Counted from the stretch's first letter, positions 38,262 to 47,908 are shown. The stretch is 64,000 nt of DNA from Clostridia bacterium (GCA_017504405.1 JAFVRG010000002.1:39278-103277), one strand, 5' to 3'. The notes: generated from the sequence alone by a model not told the origin. Made by a program: numbers and translations.

Positions 38262-39563
38262 GTGCGTGCCTACGATATTATCAAAAAGAAAAGAGACGGA
38301 CAGAAGCTTTCCGATGAGGAAATACGGTTTTTCATAAACGGATATACGGTGGGGGAGATTCCCGATTATCAGGCGGCGGCGCTTTGCATGGCTATATATT
38401 TCAGAGGAATGGACGGGGCGGAAACGCTCTCGCTCACTCTCGCTATGCGTGATTCGGGCGAGATAACCGATTTGTCGGGCGTTGGCGGCGTGCGTGTTGA
38501 TAAGCATTCAACGGGCGGCGTGGGTGATAAGACCAGCCTCGTCGTTGCGCCGATAGTGGCATCTCTCGGACTCACCGTTGCGAAGATGAGCGGCAGAGGA
38601 CTCGGTCATACGGGCGGTACGGTGGATAAGCTCGAATCTATCCCCGGCTTTTGTGTCGATATGCCACGCTCGGAATTCGAGAGAATTGCCAATCAGACGA
38701 AAATCGCAATAGTCGGACAGAGCGCCGAGCTTGCCCCTGCGGATAAGCTTTTGTACGCTCTGCGTGACGTGACGGCAACGGTTGACAGTATACCGCTGAT
38801 AGCGTCGAGCATAATGAGCAAAAAGCTGGCGGCTAACGACGACTGTATAGTCCTCGACGTAAAAACAGGCAGCGGCTCGTTTATGAAAACCGAGGAAAAG
38901 AGCCGTGAGCTCGCAAAAACTATGGTTGAAATAGGTAAGGGAGCGGGGAAGAAAACCGTTGCCCTCATTACCGATATGGATAAGCCCCTCGGATATGCAA
39001 TAGGAAACTCGCTTGAGGTTATCGAGGCGATAGAAACTCTGAAGGGAAACGGTCCTGCGGACCTGCAGGAGCTGTGCATAGCCCTCGCCGCCGAGATGCT
39101 CCTCCTTGCCGATAAAGGTGATGAGAGGGAGTGCCGAGAAATGGCGGAGCGTGCGCTCTCTGACGGCTCGGCTCTCGCAAAATTCAAGGAAATGGTAGCG
39201 GCGCAGGGCGGTGATGCCTCGGTTGCAGATGACACCTCAAGGCTTCCGACTGCTCCCTATTCACTTGATGTAATGAGCGAGCGTGACGGCTATATATCCG
39301 AGGTGGATACCGAGGGATACGGTCTTTGCGCTCTTGCGCTTGGCGCAGGAAGGAATAAAAAAGAGGATAAAATAGATTTGTCGGCAGGCATCATCCTCAA
39401 AAGAAAAACGGGTGATAGGGTATCACGGGGCGAGGTTATAGCTACCCTCTATTCCTCCGATGCTCACAGGTGCGAGAGTGTGGCAAAGCGCCTGCTCAGC
39501 TATACCGCTATATCCGATGCGCCCCCGACACCGTCCGCACAGCTAATAGACGTTGTCAGGTAA
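38262..39563 (+). CDS. pdp: Pyrimidine-nucleoside phosphorylase
   Basis: DKHSTGGVGDKT, KMSGRGLGHTGGT, SIMSKK. Confidence 0.94.
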   Translation: MRAYDIIKKKRDGQKLSDEEIRFFINGYTVGEIPDYQAAALCMAIYFRGMDGAETLSLTLAMRDSGEITDLSGVGGVRVDKHSTGGVGDKTSLVVAPIVASLGLTVAKMSGRGLGHTGGTVDKLESIPGFCVDMPRSEFERIANQTKIAIVGQSAELAPADKLLYALRDVTATVDSIPLIASSIMSKKLAANDDCIVLDVKTGSGSFMKTEEKSRELAKTMVEIGKGAGKKTVALITDMDKPLGYAIGNSLEVIEAIETLKGNGPADLQELCIALAAEMLLLADKGDERECREMAERALSDGSALAKFKEMVAAQGGDASVADDTSRLPTAPYSLDVMSERDGYISEVDTEGYGLCALALGAGRNKKEDKIDLSAGIILKRKTGDRVSRGEVIATLYSSDAHRCESVAKRLLSYTAISDAPPTPSAQLIDVVR

Positions 39564-39752
39564 CCTGACTGCAAATTGTGAACAAATTGTAAATATTGCC
39601 TTGTTTATAACAATATAAATATATTTTAATGGACATTTGGAAAAAAATGTGTTAAAATGTTGGGTGGAAATTCGGCAGGCGCAGTTTTTCTGCGCCAAAA
39701 CGTCATTTTTCGTAACAAAAAATAAAAAAATATATATTTCAGGAGGAAAGAA

Positions 39753-42383
39753 ATGAGCAAGAAGTATGTTTATCTCTTTGACGAAGGCAACGCATCCATG
39801 CGTGAGCTTCTCGGAGGAAAAGGTGCAAACCTTGCAGAAATGACCAACATTGGTCTGCCCGTTCCCTACGGCTTCACTATCACAACTGAGGCTTGTACCC
39901 AGTACTATGAGGACGGCAAGAAAATCAACGATGAAATAATGGCACAGATTGAGGAGTACATCGTTAAGCTCGAGGAAAAGAGCGGAATGAAGTTCGGCGA
40001 CAGCGAGAACCCTCTCCTTGTATCTGTACGTTCGGGCGCACGTGCATCGATGCCCGGTATGATGGACACCATACTTAACCTCGGTCTTAACGAGGAGGTT
40101 GTTGACGTAATGGCGAAGAAGTCCAACAATCCCCGTTGGGCTTGGGACTGCTACAGAAGATTTATTCAGATGTATTCCGACGTCGTTATGGAGGTTGGAA
40201 AGAAGTACTTTGAGGAACTCATCGATGAGATGAAGGAGAAGAAGGGCGTAACTCAGGATATCGAGCTTACCGCCGACGACCTCAAGGAGCTCGCAGGTCA
40301 GTTCAAGGCTGAGTATAAGGCTAAGATTGGCGCTGACTTCCCCTCAGATCCCAAGGAGCAGCTCATGGGAGCTGTTAAGGCAGTATTCCGTTCATGGGAC
40401 AACCCCCGTGCAAACGTATATCGCCGTGACAACGATATTCCCTATTCTTGGGGTACCGCTGTAAACGTACAGATGATGGCATTCGGTAACATGGGTGACA
40501 ACTGCGGAACAGGCGTTGCATTTACCCGTGATCCCGCAACCGGTGAGAAGAAGCTCATGGGTGAGTTCCTCGTAAACGCACAGGGCGAGGACGTTGTTGC
40601 AGGTGTTCGTACACCTATGAAGATTCAGGAGATGGAGGACAAGTTCCCTGCTGCGTTTGCGCAGTTTAAGGAGGTTTGCCAGATTCTTGAAAACCACTAC
40701 CACGATATGCAGGATATGGAGTTCACCATTCAGAATGAGAAGCTCTATATGCTCCAGACCCGTAACGGTAAGAGAACCGCTCAGGCTGCTCTTAAGATCG
40801 CATGCGACCTCGTTGACGAGGGTATGAAGACCGAGCAGGAAGCAGTTCTTATGATAGACCCCAGAAACCTCGACACCCTTCTCCATCCTCAGTTCGATGC
40901 GAAGGCACTCAAGGCTGCAACTCCTATCGGTAAGGGCCTTGGCGCTTCTCCCGGAGCTGCTTGCGGTAAGATTGTATTCACCGCTGACGATGCAGAGGCT
41001 TGGAAGGCAAGAGGCGAGAAGGTAGTTCTCGTAAGACTTGAGACCTCTCCCGAGGATATCACGGGTATGAAGGCATCTCAGGGTATACTCACCGTTCGTG
41101 GCGGTATGACCTCTCACGCAGCAGTTGTTGCTCGTGGAATGGGTACCTGCTGCGTATCAGGCTGCGGCGAGATAAAGATGGACGAGGCAAACAAGAAGTT
41201 TGAGCTCGGCGGTAAGACCTTTGTTGAGGGCGATTTCATCTCCATCGACGGTTCTACCGGTAACATCTACGACGGTGTAATTCCTACCGTTGACGCATCT
41301 ATCGCAGGCGAGTTCGGCAGAATCATGGCTTGGGCTGACAAGTACAGAACGCTCAAGGTTCGTACCAATGCTGATACTCCTAAGGATGCAAAGAAGGCTC
41401 GTGAGCTTGGCGCTGAGGGTATCGGTCTTTGCCGTACCGAGCACATGTTCTTCGAGGCTGACAGAATTGCTGCATTCCGTGAAATGATTTGCTCCGATAC
41501 CGTTGAGGAGAGAGAGGCTGCACTTGCGAAGATTCTTCCTATGCAGCAGGCAGATTTCGAGGCTCTCTACGAGGCACTCGAGGGTCACCCCGTTTGCATC
41601 CGTTTCCTCGATCCCCCGCTCCACGAGTTCGTTCCTACCGAGGAGGCTGATATCGCAGCTCTTGCAAAGGCTCAGGGTAAGAGCGTTGAGGACATCAAGG
41701 CTATAATCGACTCCCTCCATGAGTTCAACCCCATGATGGGTCACAGAGGATGCCGTCTTGCAGTAACCTACCCCGAGATTGCTAAGATGCAGACCGCAGC
41801 AGTTATCCGTGCTGCTATAAACGTTAAGAAGGCTCATCCCGACTGGGCTAACAAGCCTGAGATAATGATACCTCTCGTAGGCGAGCTCAAGGAGCTTAAG
41901 TACGTTAAGAAGGTAGTTGTTGAGACCGCTGATGCAGAGATTGCAAAGGCAGGCGTTGAGCTCGATTACGAGGTTGGTACTATGATAGAGATTCCCCGTG
42001 CATGTCTGTCCGCTGACGACATTGCAAAAGAGGCTGACTTCTTCTGCTTCGGTACTAACGACCTGACCCAGATGACCTACGGCTTCAGCCGTGACGACGC
42101 AGGTAAATTCCTTGAGGCTTACTATGATGCAAAGATATTCGAGAACGATCCCTTCGCACGTCTTGACCAGGCTGGCGTTGGTAAGCTCATGAAGATGGCA
42201 ATCACTCTCGGCAGACCCGCTAATCCCAACCTCCACGTTGGTATCTGCGGTGAGCACGGCGGCGATCCCACATCTGTTGAGTTCTGCCACGAGATAGGAC
42301 TTGATTACGTTTCCTGCTCGCCCTTCCGTGTGCCCATCGCACGCCTTGCGGCAGCTCAGGCAGCAATCAAGAGCGCAAAGTAA
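39753..42383 (+). CDS. ppdK: Pyruvate, phosphate dikinase
   Basis: LGGKGANL, GGMTSHAAVVAR phospho-His, RTEHMFF, GTNDLTQ, CGEHGG; strong codon bias. Confidence 0.97.
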   Translation: MSKKYVYLFDEGNASMRELLGGKGANLAEMTNIGLPVPYGFTITTEACTQYYEDGKKINDEIMAQIEEYIVKLEEKSGMKFGDSENPLLVSVRSGARASMPGMMDTILNLGLNEEVVDVMAKKSNNPRWAWDCYRRFIQMYSDVVMEVGKKYFEELIDEMKEKKGVTQDIELTADDLKELAGQFKAEYKAKIGADFPSDPKEQLMGAVKAVFRSWDNPRANVYRRDNDIPYSWGTAVNVQMMAFGNMGDNCGTGVAFTRDPATGEKKLMGEFLVNAQGEDVVAGVRTPMKIQEMEDKFPAAFAQFKEVCQILENHYHDMQDMEFTIQNEKLYMLQTRNGKRTAQAALKIACDLVDEGMKTEQEAVLMIDPRNLDTLLHPQFDAKALKAATPIGKGLGASPGAACGKIVFTADDAEAWKARGEKVVLVRLETSPEDITGMKASQGILTVRGGMTSHAAVVARGMGTCCVSGCGEIKMDEANKKFELGGKTFVEGDFISIDGSTGNIYDGVIPTVDASIAGEFGRIMAWADKYRTLKVRTNADTPKDAKKARELGAEGIGLCRTEHMFFEADRIAAFREMICSDTVEEREAALAKILPMQQADFEALYEALEGHPVCIRFLDPPLHEFVPTEEADIAALAKAQGKSVEDIKAIIDSLHEFNPMMGHRGCRLAVTYPEIAKMQTAAVIRAAINVKKAHPDWANKPEIMIPLVGELKELKYVKKVVVETADAEIAKAGVELDYEVGTMIEIPRACLSADDIAKEADFFCFGTNDLTQMTYGFSRDDAGKFLEAYYDAKIFENDPFARLDQAGVGKLMKMAITLGRPANPNLHVGICGEHGGDPTSVEFCHEIGLDYVSCSPFRVPIARLAAAQAAIKSAK

Positions 42384-42410
42384 TATAATTCGCCCAAGGG
42401 CGAAAAACAG

Positions 42411-42477
42411 AGCACCTCTGCAAACCGCAGAGGTGCTTTTATATTCAAAAAGGCACTCACGAGGAGTGCCCTTTTTG
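42411..42477. terminator. Two back-to-back intrinsic terminators (ppdK on +; minus-strand terminator behind the TCACCA remnant)
   Basis: AGCACCTCTGC-AAACC-GCAGAGGTGCTTTT and AAAAAGGCACTC-ACGAG-GAGTGCCCTTTTT. Confidence 0.75.
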
Positions 42478-42620
42478 TTTTGGTGAGCCAATTTGAGCGT
42501 AAAACGAACAATTTTTACGCTCTTTTTTATTTATTATATAATAAAGGGCAGGACATTTAGCCCCACCCTATAAATTTTGCTATTAAAGTTTACAATTCCC
42601 GCCCGAAGCGTAAAATATAA

Positions 42621-43601
42621 TTAGACTATACCAAACTTAGCACACAAATATGCTGTTAATACAGAAGCTCCTACCTCTTTCGTAAATTCGAACAATGATT
42701 TTATAGCTCGTCTTAATAAATTCGGTTTTTTATTTTTTTCTAAAACATCTTGAACCAATTCCGCAAGTTCTTCTTTTTGTTCTTTAGACAAGTTTTCTTT
42801 ATTTGCCATTTCAGAAAACTCTTTCATTGCTTCGTCGATATATTCTATTGAAAAATTTTGAGTTGATTCCTTAGTTCCTATTTGAATTTGAGCGTTTGAA
42901 ATGTTTGCCCCTTGAAAATTGCCTGTAGGTCCATAATAATTATTTATTGTACCTCTATTATATTTCTCCACTCGACTTTTCATTTCATCATAACTTTTTG
43001 CGCTTTGTGTTAGTCTTGCACCGCAAACATAACTACCACCGCTAAGATATTCTACGCCTTTTTTGCTGTCTAAATAACCCAACCTTATTAAGTTTTCTAT
43101 AGCGGAAGCAGGGTAGCTGTTAGGAACTGTAAAACACGGAACATTTACAAACTTTTCATTGCTTAATAATTCTTTTAATATTTTTTCACTTTCTTCATCA
43201 AGATAATTAAAACTCATATTACCTCCATTTGCCAAAATCAAATATTGAGTTTTCCTTTCGAAATAACTTCTTCCCTTTTGCTCAATCCTACCATATAAAG
43301 GCAAGTTATCTCCCCAATGAAGAGTAATAAGACCATTGCTTACTAACTCGTGTATTAAAGCTCGAAGTTTTTCTTGTTCTCTATAACTAATTTCATTTCC
43401 ATTTGAATCGAAAAACTTACGAGTTAATTCATTAGGAAAGTTCTCATCCTTTAAAATCTCCATTAACAATTGTTCGCTTTCGGAGTCCAACAACTCAAAT
43501 TGACTTCTTGCTATTCGCATTTTCTCTTTTTCGATTTCCTCAACAAGTTCTTGTTCAATAGCCTTTATTAGCTTTTTAAATTTTTTATCTATTGATTGCA
43601 T
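42621..43601 (-). CDS. Uncharacterised protein: two tandem winged-helix-like repeats, N/Q/G-rich linker, helical C-terminus
   Basis: Internal duplication (LDSESEQLLMEIL / LDEESEKILKELL; RIEQKGRSYFE / RLTQSAKSYDE); starts 1 nt after the REase stop. Confidence 0.7.
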   Translation of the reverse strand: MQSIDKKFKKLIKAIEQELVEEIEKEKMRIARSQFELLDSESEQLLMEILKDENFPNELTRKFFDSNGNEISYREQEKLRALIHELVSNGLITLHWGDNLPLYGRIEQKGRSYFERKTQYLILANGGNMSFNYLDEESEKILKELLSNEKFVNVPCFTVPNSYPASAIENLIRLGYLDSKKGVEYLSGGSYVCGARLTQSAKSYDEMKSRVEKYNRGTINNYYGPTGNFQGANISNAQIQIGTKESTQNFSIEYIDEAMKEFSEMANKENLSKEQKEELAELVQDVLEKNKKPNLLRRAIKSLFEFTKEVGASVLTAYLCAKFGIV

Positions 43602-43602
43602 A

Positions 43603-44850
43603 TTATCCTACGTATTCTAATTCAATTTTTGCTTTAATTCCGTCGTAATCATACGTTTCAACATCCATAAACGTTGTTTCATCAAAGCCAATACGAAGCA
43701 CGTATTTGAAGTCATTAAAATCATAGATTTTTTCTTCGCCGTGTTCAATATTTTCTCTAATAACATCGGTTTTAACAATCAAACAATCGTGCTGATAATT
43801 TTTATCAATAATGGTTGTTTTACCATTCGGATGTGCGTGATTAAAATGTTGTGTAGGTGTTAGCGCAATAAGATTTTCTAAATACGCGGATATTTCAGGA
43901 AATTCGTTGGCGGGGAAAATATGATGTATGTTTGTAGCCTTTTCAGTATCACCAAGCATTTCACTTAAACCACCACGATATATATCATTGTATTTCCTCA
44001 AACGTTGTTTTGCTTTTGCTGACATATACGCATAATATGCTTCGTTAATTTTAATCTTCTTTTTAAGAACATATTCTTTTCGAGATATTGTTTTAGGTTT
44101 TTCTGCATAAATATCTCTGAAATTATCCCTATTATACATTAACATATCATATGTAATTGCGTGCTTAGATATATGCCCACGCTCTGTTCCGAATGTGTGT
44201 TTACTAAAAGCTAAAGGATTTATTATTTTTATAAAAATACGTCTACACTCAACTACACCTGCCTCTTTATTTAAGCCGTCAATAGATGTTTTGTTTCCAA
44301 TATTTGTATTTTCAATAGTAAATCTACAAAATTGCTCTTTAACAATTTCATAAGTGTTTTTATTTGGTGATTGAAAAAACTCATCAAAATATTTAATTAA
44401 TGCTGAATCTTCTAAAACTTTTTCCACATACTTGATTATAAATGTGAGGGCATTTCTTTCACGTAATGCTACATAAGAAAGAAGTTCACGGTTCTTTACT
44501 GTATATTGATTTTCTCTACATAATTTAGTTTCTTCTAAAATCCCTGCATAAGCAAGCATTTTCATAGGCTGTTGAAAGAATTTATCATATTCGTTTTCTG
44601 CAGATGAATCATCAACGTCGACCTTTCTAAAAATCGCTTGAACGTTTTCCATTGCATATTTTGAAAACCATATATCACGAGATGTAAAAACCTTTTCAAC
44701 TCCCTTTTCAGTTATATAATTTTCAATACAATCTGCAATGATACACACTACATCGGGCGTGCATTTTTGGTCTATCCAACGTGCATTATGGGTTAAACGT
44801 ATATCGTAATTTTTAGAATTCAAAAATTCATTTAATTGTATTTCAGTCAT
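43603..44850 (-). CDS. HNH-type restriction endonuclease (HpyAV/Hin4II-like type IIS)
   Basis: C-terminal HH-x15-N-x8-H (IHHIFP...ENLIALTPTQH); operonic with two MTases. Confidence 0.75.
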   Translation of the reverse strand: MTEIQLNEFLNSKNYDIRLTHNARWIDQKCTPDVVCIIADCIENYITEKGVEKVFTSRDIWFSKYAMENVQAIFRKVDVDDSSAENEYDKFFQQPMKMLAYAGILEETKLCRENQYTVKNRELLSYVALRERNALTFIIKYVEKVLEDSALIKYFDEFFQSPNKNTYEIVKEQFCRFTIENTNIGNKTSIDGLNKEAGVVECRRIFIKIINPLAFSKHTFGTERGHISKHAITYDMLMYNRDNFRDIYAEKPKTISRKEYVLKKKIKINEAYYAYMSAKAKQRLRKYNDIYRGGLSEMLGDTEKATNIHHIFPANEFPEISAYLENLIALTPTQHFNHAHPNGKTTIIDKNYQHDCLIVKTDVIRENIEHGEEKIYDFNDFKYVLRIGFDETTFMDVETYDYDGIKAKIELEYVG

Positions 44851-44852
44851 TT

Positions 44853-46172
44853 TTATCTCCTTATACCGAAAAAGCAGACGGAATTATTATCAATGTTTAA
44901 AGAACGTGTTCCATAGTTTCGAGCAATTCGGTAATATTCGGTAAATTCTTTCGTAGAAAATAATCCTAAATCTTTTTCCGTAATAACATATTCTTTGTTT
45001 TTTAACGTTAATAGAGCAACCGAGCCATTTGTTATGGTGTTTTTAGGTAAGAAGCAGGCTCTTGGAGAATAAGAAAGATTAGGAACAAGAACAACATTTT
45101 CAGCGTTTAAAAACCTTGAAACGTGCAAATTGGAAATATCGTCCACATAGCAATCATATCCGTCAATATCTATAACCTTATTAGAGCCTATATTTCGAGA
45201 TTTCAGCACTCTATATTTGCCTTTACTTGAAACCATAGGGTTAACAATTTGTCTATCTCTAAAAGCCTCAAAAACACCTAAAGTTAGCGAATCAGCAAAT
45301 TCGTCAAACTTTTTATTTCTATACAATAGCCAAACAGGATATTTATTATCGGTAACATAAGCTTGTTTTTGAAGAATATCAATGCTTTGAGTTAGAGAAA
45401 CAATATGAGTGGCATCAATTTTTTTTGTTTCTGTAACAATAATATTTACCGTTTCGATTTTGACGCCTTTAAATCCAAATTCGCCAAAATCTAATATTGA
45501 AGAAATGTGATTTTTGTTAAGCTTTTCTCTTATCTCCACATACTCAGGCGCGTTCAATATACTTTTAGGAACAACCAAAGAAACCCAATATCCGTCGTGC
45601 ATTGCTTTTTCTAAAAACAACACAAAAAGATTAGAACTTTTTGTAATTGAACTGTTCTTCTTGTATTCACACAAAAGGGAATCATTCTTTATTTTTGAAT
45701 ATGGAGGATTCCCTATAACGAGGTCAAATTTTCTGCCGGATACCAAAAATTTCAAATAGTCATCGTGAATATACATAATTGCTATATTAGGATATTTTTC
45801 GCGGTAGTATGTTTCAAATATAAGCTCAGCAATTCTTAATTCATTCTCGTCAATATCCACCAAGTACAATTCTAAAACTCTCTTGTTCTTGTATCGTTCA
45901 GCAATAAAGGGTATAAAATTGCCTGTGCCAACGGAGGGTTCTAGAATTCTAATGTGGTCCAATTCTTCAAAATCAGGCAGTTCTTTCATAATGTGTTGGC
46001 ATATTGTTGTGTCAGTGTAAAAGGCAGCGGTAGTATCGCGGTTGGGGTTAAGATATTCTGCGGCCTGATATACTAAATTTACGGGCAATTCATCACCTTT
46101 TGCTTGAATTGAACCGGCCAAGTCTTGTAGAGTGTTGATGCTATACTTGCTTAAAAATTCTTGTAAAATCAT
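44853..46172 (-). CDS. N6-adenine DNA methyltransferase (gamma class)
   Basis: Motif I LEPSVGTGNF precedes motif IV NPPY; C-terminal TRD. Confidence 0.88.
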   Translation of the reverse strand: MILQEFLSKYSINTLQDLAGSIQAKGDELPVNLVYQAAEYLNPNRDTTAAFYTDTTICQHIMKELPDFEELDHIRILEPSVGTGNFIPFIAERYKNKRVLELYLVDIDENELRIAELIFETYYREKYPNIAIMYIHDDYLKFLVSGRKFDLVIGNPPYSKIKNDSLLCEYKKNSSITKSSNLFVLFLEKAMHDGYWVSLVVPKSILNAPEYVEIREKLNKNHISSILDFGEFGFKGVKIETVNIIVTETKKIDATHIVSLTQSIDILQKQAYVTDNKYPVWLLYRNKKFDEFADSLTLGVFEAFRDRQIVNPMVSSKGKYRVLKSRNIGSNKVIDIDGYDCYVDDISNLHVSRFLNAENVVLVPNLSYSPRACFLPKNTITNGSVALLTLKNKEYVITEKDLGLFSTKEFTEYYRIARNYGTRSLNIDNNSVCFFGIRR

Positions 46173-47329
46173 TTTGTTTCAACTCTTTTTATATTTTCGG
46201 CAATTTGCCTAAAAATTTCTGTTGGTACAGCTTCTCCGACGGATTGTCTAATGTTAATATCATTTTGGGATAAATATTTTTGTTTATCTTCTAGTGATAA
46301 TGCATTTAATTGCTCCAAAGAATGGTGAGTCCACTTGAATGATTCAGGAATAGTCATCATTCGCATTATTTCGCGGATGCTGAAAACTCTATCATCGACA
46401 GGATGAACTGTATTTTGACTCGCCAAAATATCATTTCTCGTATGTACGCAGGGAGCAACTTTGTCCCAATATTGCCTTGTGTATTTGTCCGCATTTCCAT
46501 TTTTGGTATAAACAATCTGTCCGTTTTTGTAATAGTGAGGAAGCCTTGATTTGTCATCATTATCAAATGCCCCTTGGCCTTCTTTCAGTAATTCAATCCA
46601 TTTTCGCATTTCAATAGAATAGCATCTAAAATAATGGAAAATATCAGATGAAGAAATTTCGCCCATTTTTTCAAGAGCAGGCAGATCGCCTATAACATCA
46701 CGCAAGGTTTTTTCTTCTCTGAATGAGGGATAGAGGTTTTTTGGCGAAGCGTCAATATCTTTTCTAACACCGATCACAAGAGTTCTAGTCCGGCTCGAAT
46801 TGGAACCATAGTTCTTGAAATTTAAAACTTTATATTCGATATTGTATATTTCGCTTAAGTTTTCTTCGATAGCGTTTTTGATTTTTTTATCTTTTCCGTC
46901 AGAGTCCGTACAAATTGTATTTAAGAACGCCTTTACATTTTCGAGAATGAAGAAACGAGGCTTAATTTCTTTAATCAATTCTAAAGAAGCGACAACCAAA
47001 GAATTGCGTTTGCTTTCGTCGCCTTTTTTGTGATTAGCAACGGACATTCCTTGACAAGGTGGAGTTGCGATTAAAACCGTTAATTCGTTGATGTTTTCTT
47101 TTTCTTTCCATAAATCAATTTGTTTTAGAATTGTTTGTTTTGTTTCGTCGCGAAGAATATCGCCTAAAACATAGCCACTATCATATTTACATTTGTCGTT
47201 GCATTTTTGAATTTCTAAACGTCTTGCTATGAGCTCATTGGTGGCCACGCAATTGAAATTTTCCATTTTAAAACCATAACATCCTACACCTGCGCTACTA
47301 AAAAGAGAAATATATGTCAATTTTTCCAT
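46169..47329 (-). CDS. C5-cytosine DNA methyltransferase
   Basis: SLFSSAG, PPCQG catalytic Cys, ENV, SRTR, REIMRMM, GEAVP. Confidence 0.9.
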   Translation of the reverse strand: MEKLTYISLFSSAGVGCYGFKMENFNCVATNELIARRLEIQKCNDKCKYDSGYVLGDILRDETKQTILKQIDLWKEKENINELTVLIATPPCQGMSVANHKKGDESKRNSLVVASLELIKEIKPRFFILENVKAFLNTICTDSDGKDKKIKNAIEENLSEIYNIEYKVLNFKNYGSNSSRTRTLVIGVRKDIDASPKNLYPSFREEKTLRDVIGDLPALEKMGEISSSDIFHYFRCYSIEMRKWIELLKEGQGAFDNDDKSRLPHYYKNGQIVYTKNGNADKYTRQYWDKVAPCVHTRNDILASQNTVHPVDDRVFSIREIMRMMTIPESFKWTHHSLEQLNALSLEDKQKYLSQNDINIRQSVGEAVPTEIFRQIAENIKRVETK

Positions 47330-47542
47330 TTATTCTCCCTCCTCTGAAATCACATCAATAATATCAGCAATATTACAAGAAAGTACTGCACAAATTTTAA
47401 GCATTACATCCATACTAACAGGTTTGTTTTTTCCTAATTTAGCAAGAGTTGCTGTGCCTATATCTGCCTTTAATCTTAAATCTGTTTTAGTCATGTTTTT
47501 GTCTATAAGCAATTTCCAAAGCTTATTGTAGTTGACTGCCAT
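47330..47542 (-). CDS. XRE/Cro-C1 HTH regulator (probable RM controller)
   Basis: MAVNYNKLWKLLIDKNM...LAKLGKN...KICAVLSCNIADII; GGAG RBS; first gene of the RM operon. Confidence 0.85.
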   Translation of the reverse strand: MAVNYNKLWKLLIDKNMTKTDLRLKADIGTATLAKLGKNKPVSMDVMLKICAVLSCNIADIIDVISEEGE

Positions 47543-47576
47543 TTTCAACTCTCCCGTGAATAATATGTTAAAACTA

Positions 47577-47605
47577 ATTATATCACAAGTAAAAGAAAAA
47601 TTCAA
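47577..47605 (-). promoter_or_regulatory. Sigma-A promoter of island 1 operon
   Basis: Minus strand TTGAAT-17 nt-TATAAT with TG extension. Confidence 0.6.
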
Positions 47606-47761
47606 TTAAAATATTCACATTTCGAAATATTTTGTTCCATTTTAAAAATTTTCTATTCAATACTTTGATTTTTAAGCACAGAAAGTTAAATTAAATCAAA
47701 TGGTATATCACTATATGATTTTATAGCGGGAGTTTGTCTTAGTGCAAGTCAATACATATAG

Positions 47762-47795
47762 AAAAACAGACGGATGTCGAATCCGTCTGTCTTTT
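47762..47795 (-). terminator. Hairpin terminator abutting the truncated tRNA-Glu
   Basis: ACAGACGGAT-GTCGA-ATCCGTCTGT flanked by A/T runs. Confidence 0.7.
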
Positions 47796-47908
47796 GTACG
47801 GGAATCTGCTCCGCCTTGCAAGGTCTCCACAGGAGACGGCGGAGCAGTGGCTCGAACCCATGTTACAGCCGTGAAAGGGCTGTGTCTTGACCGCTTGACC
47901 AACGGGCC
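47796..47908 (-). pseudogene. tRNA-Glu(TTC) with 47-bp T-loop insertion and missing 3' acceptor strand/CCA
   Basis: GGCCCGTTGGTCAAGCGGTCAAGACACAGCCCTTTCACGGCTGTAACATGGGTTCGA-[47 nt]-TTCCCGTAC, then AAAAG instead of GGGTCACCA. Confidence 0.8.

Larger units (their letters stand above)
42481..47795. mobile_element. AT-rich defence island 1 at tRNA-Glu (no integrase in window)
   Basis: Abrupt AT shift; tRNA-Glu lacking its 3' end at the right; TCACCA plus terminator at the left; RM cargo. Confidence 0.75.

Noticed and set aside
39575-39592. Rex-like TTGTGAA half-site upstream of ppdK
   Set aside because: The second half-site is a poor match in AT-rich sequence
40392-42491. Long antisense ORFs (241 and 444 aa) opposite ppdK
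   Set aside because: Shadow ORFs expected from the strong codon bias of a highly expressed gene; no motifs or RBS
47822-47837. GTCTC/GAGAC sites in the tRNA insert suggesting an Alw26I/Eco31I-type specificity for the adjacent RM system
   Set aside because: Explained by the hairpin stem; nothing links them to the enzymes
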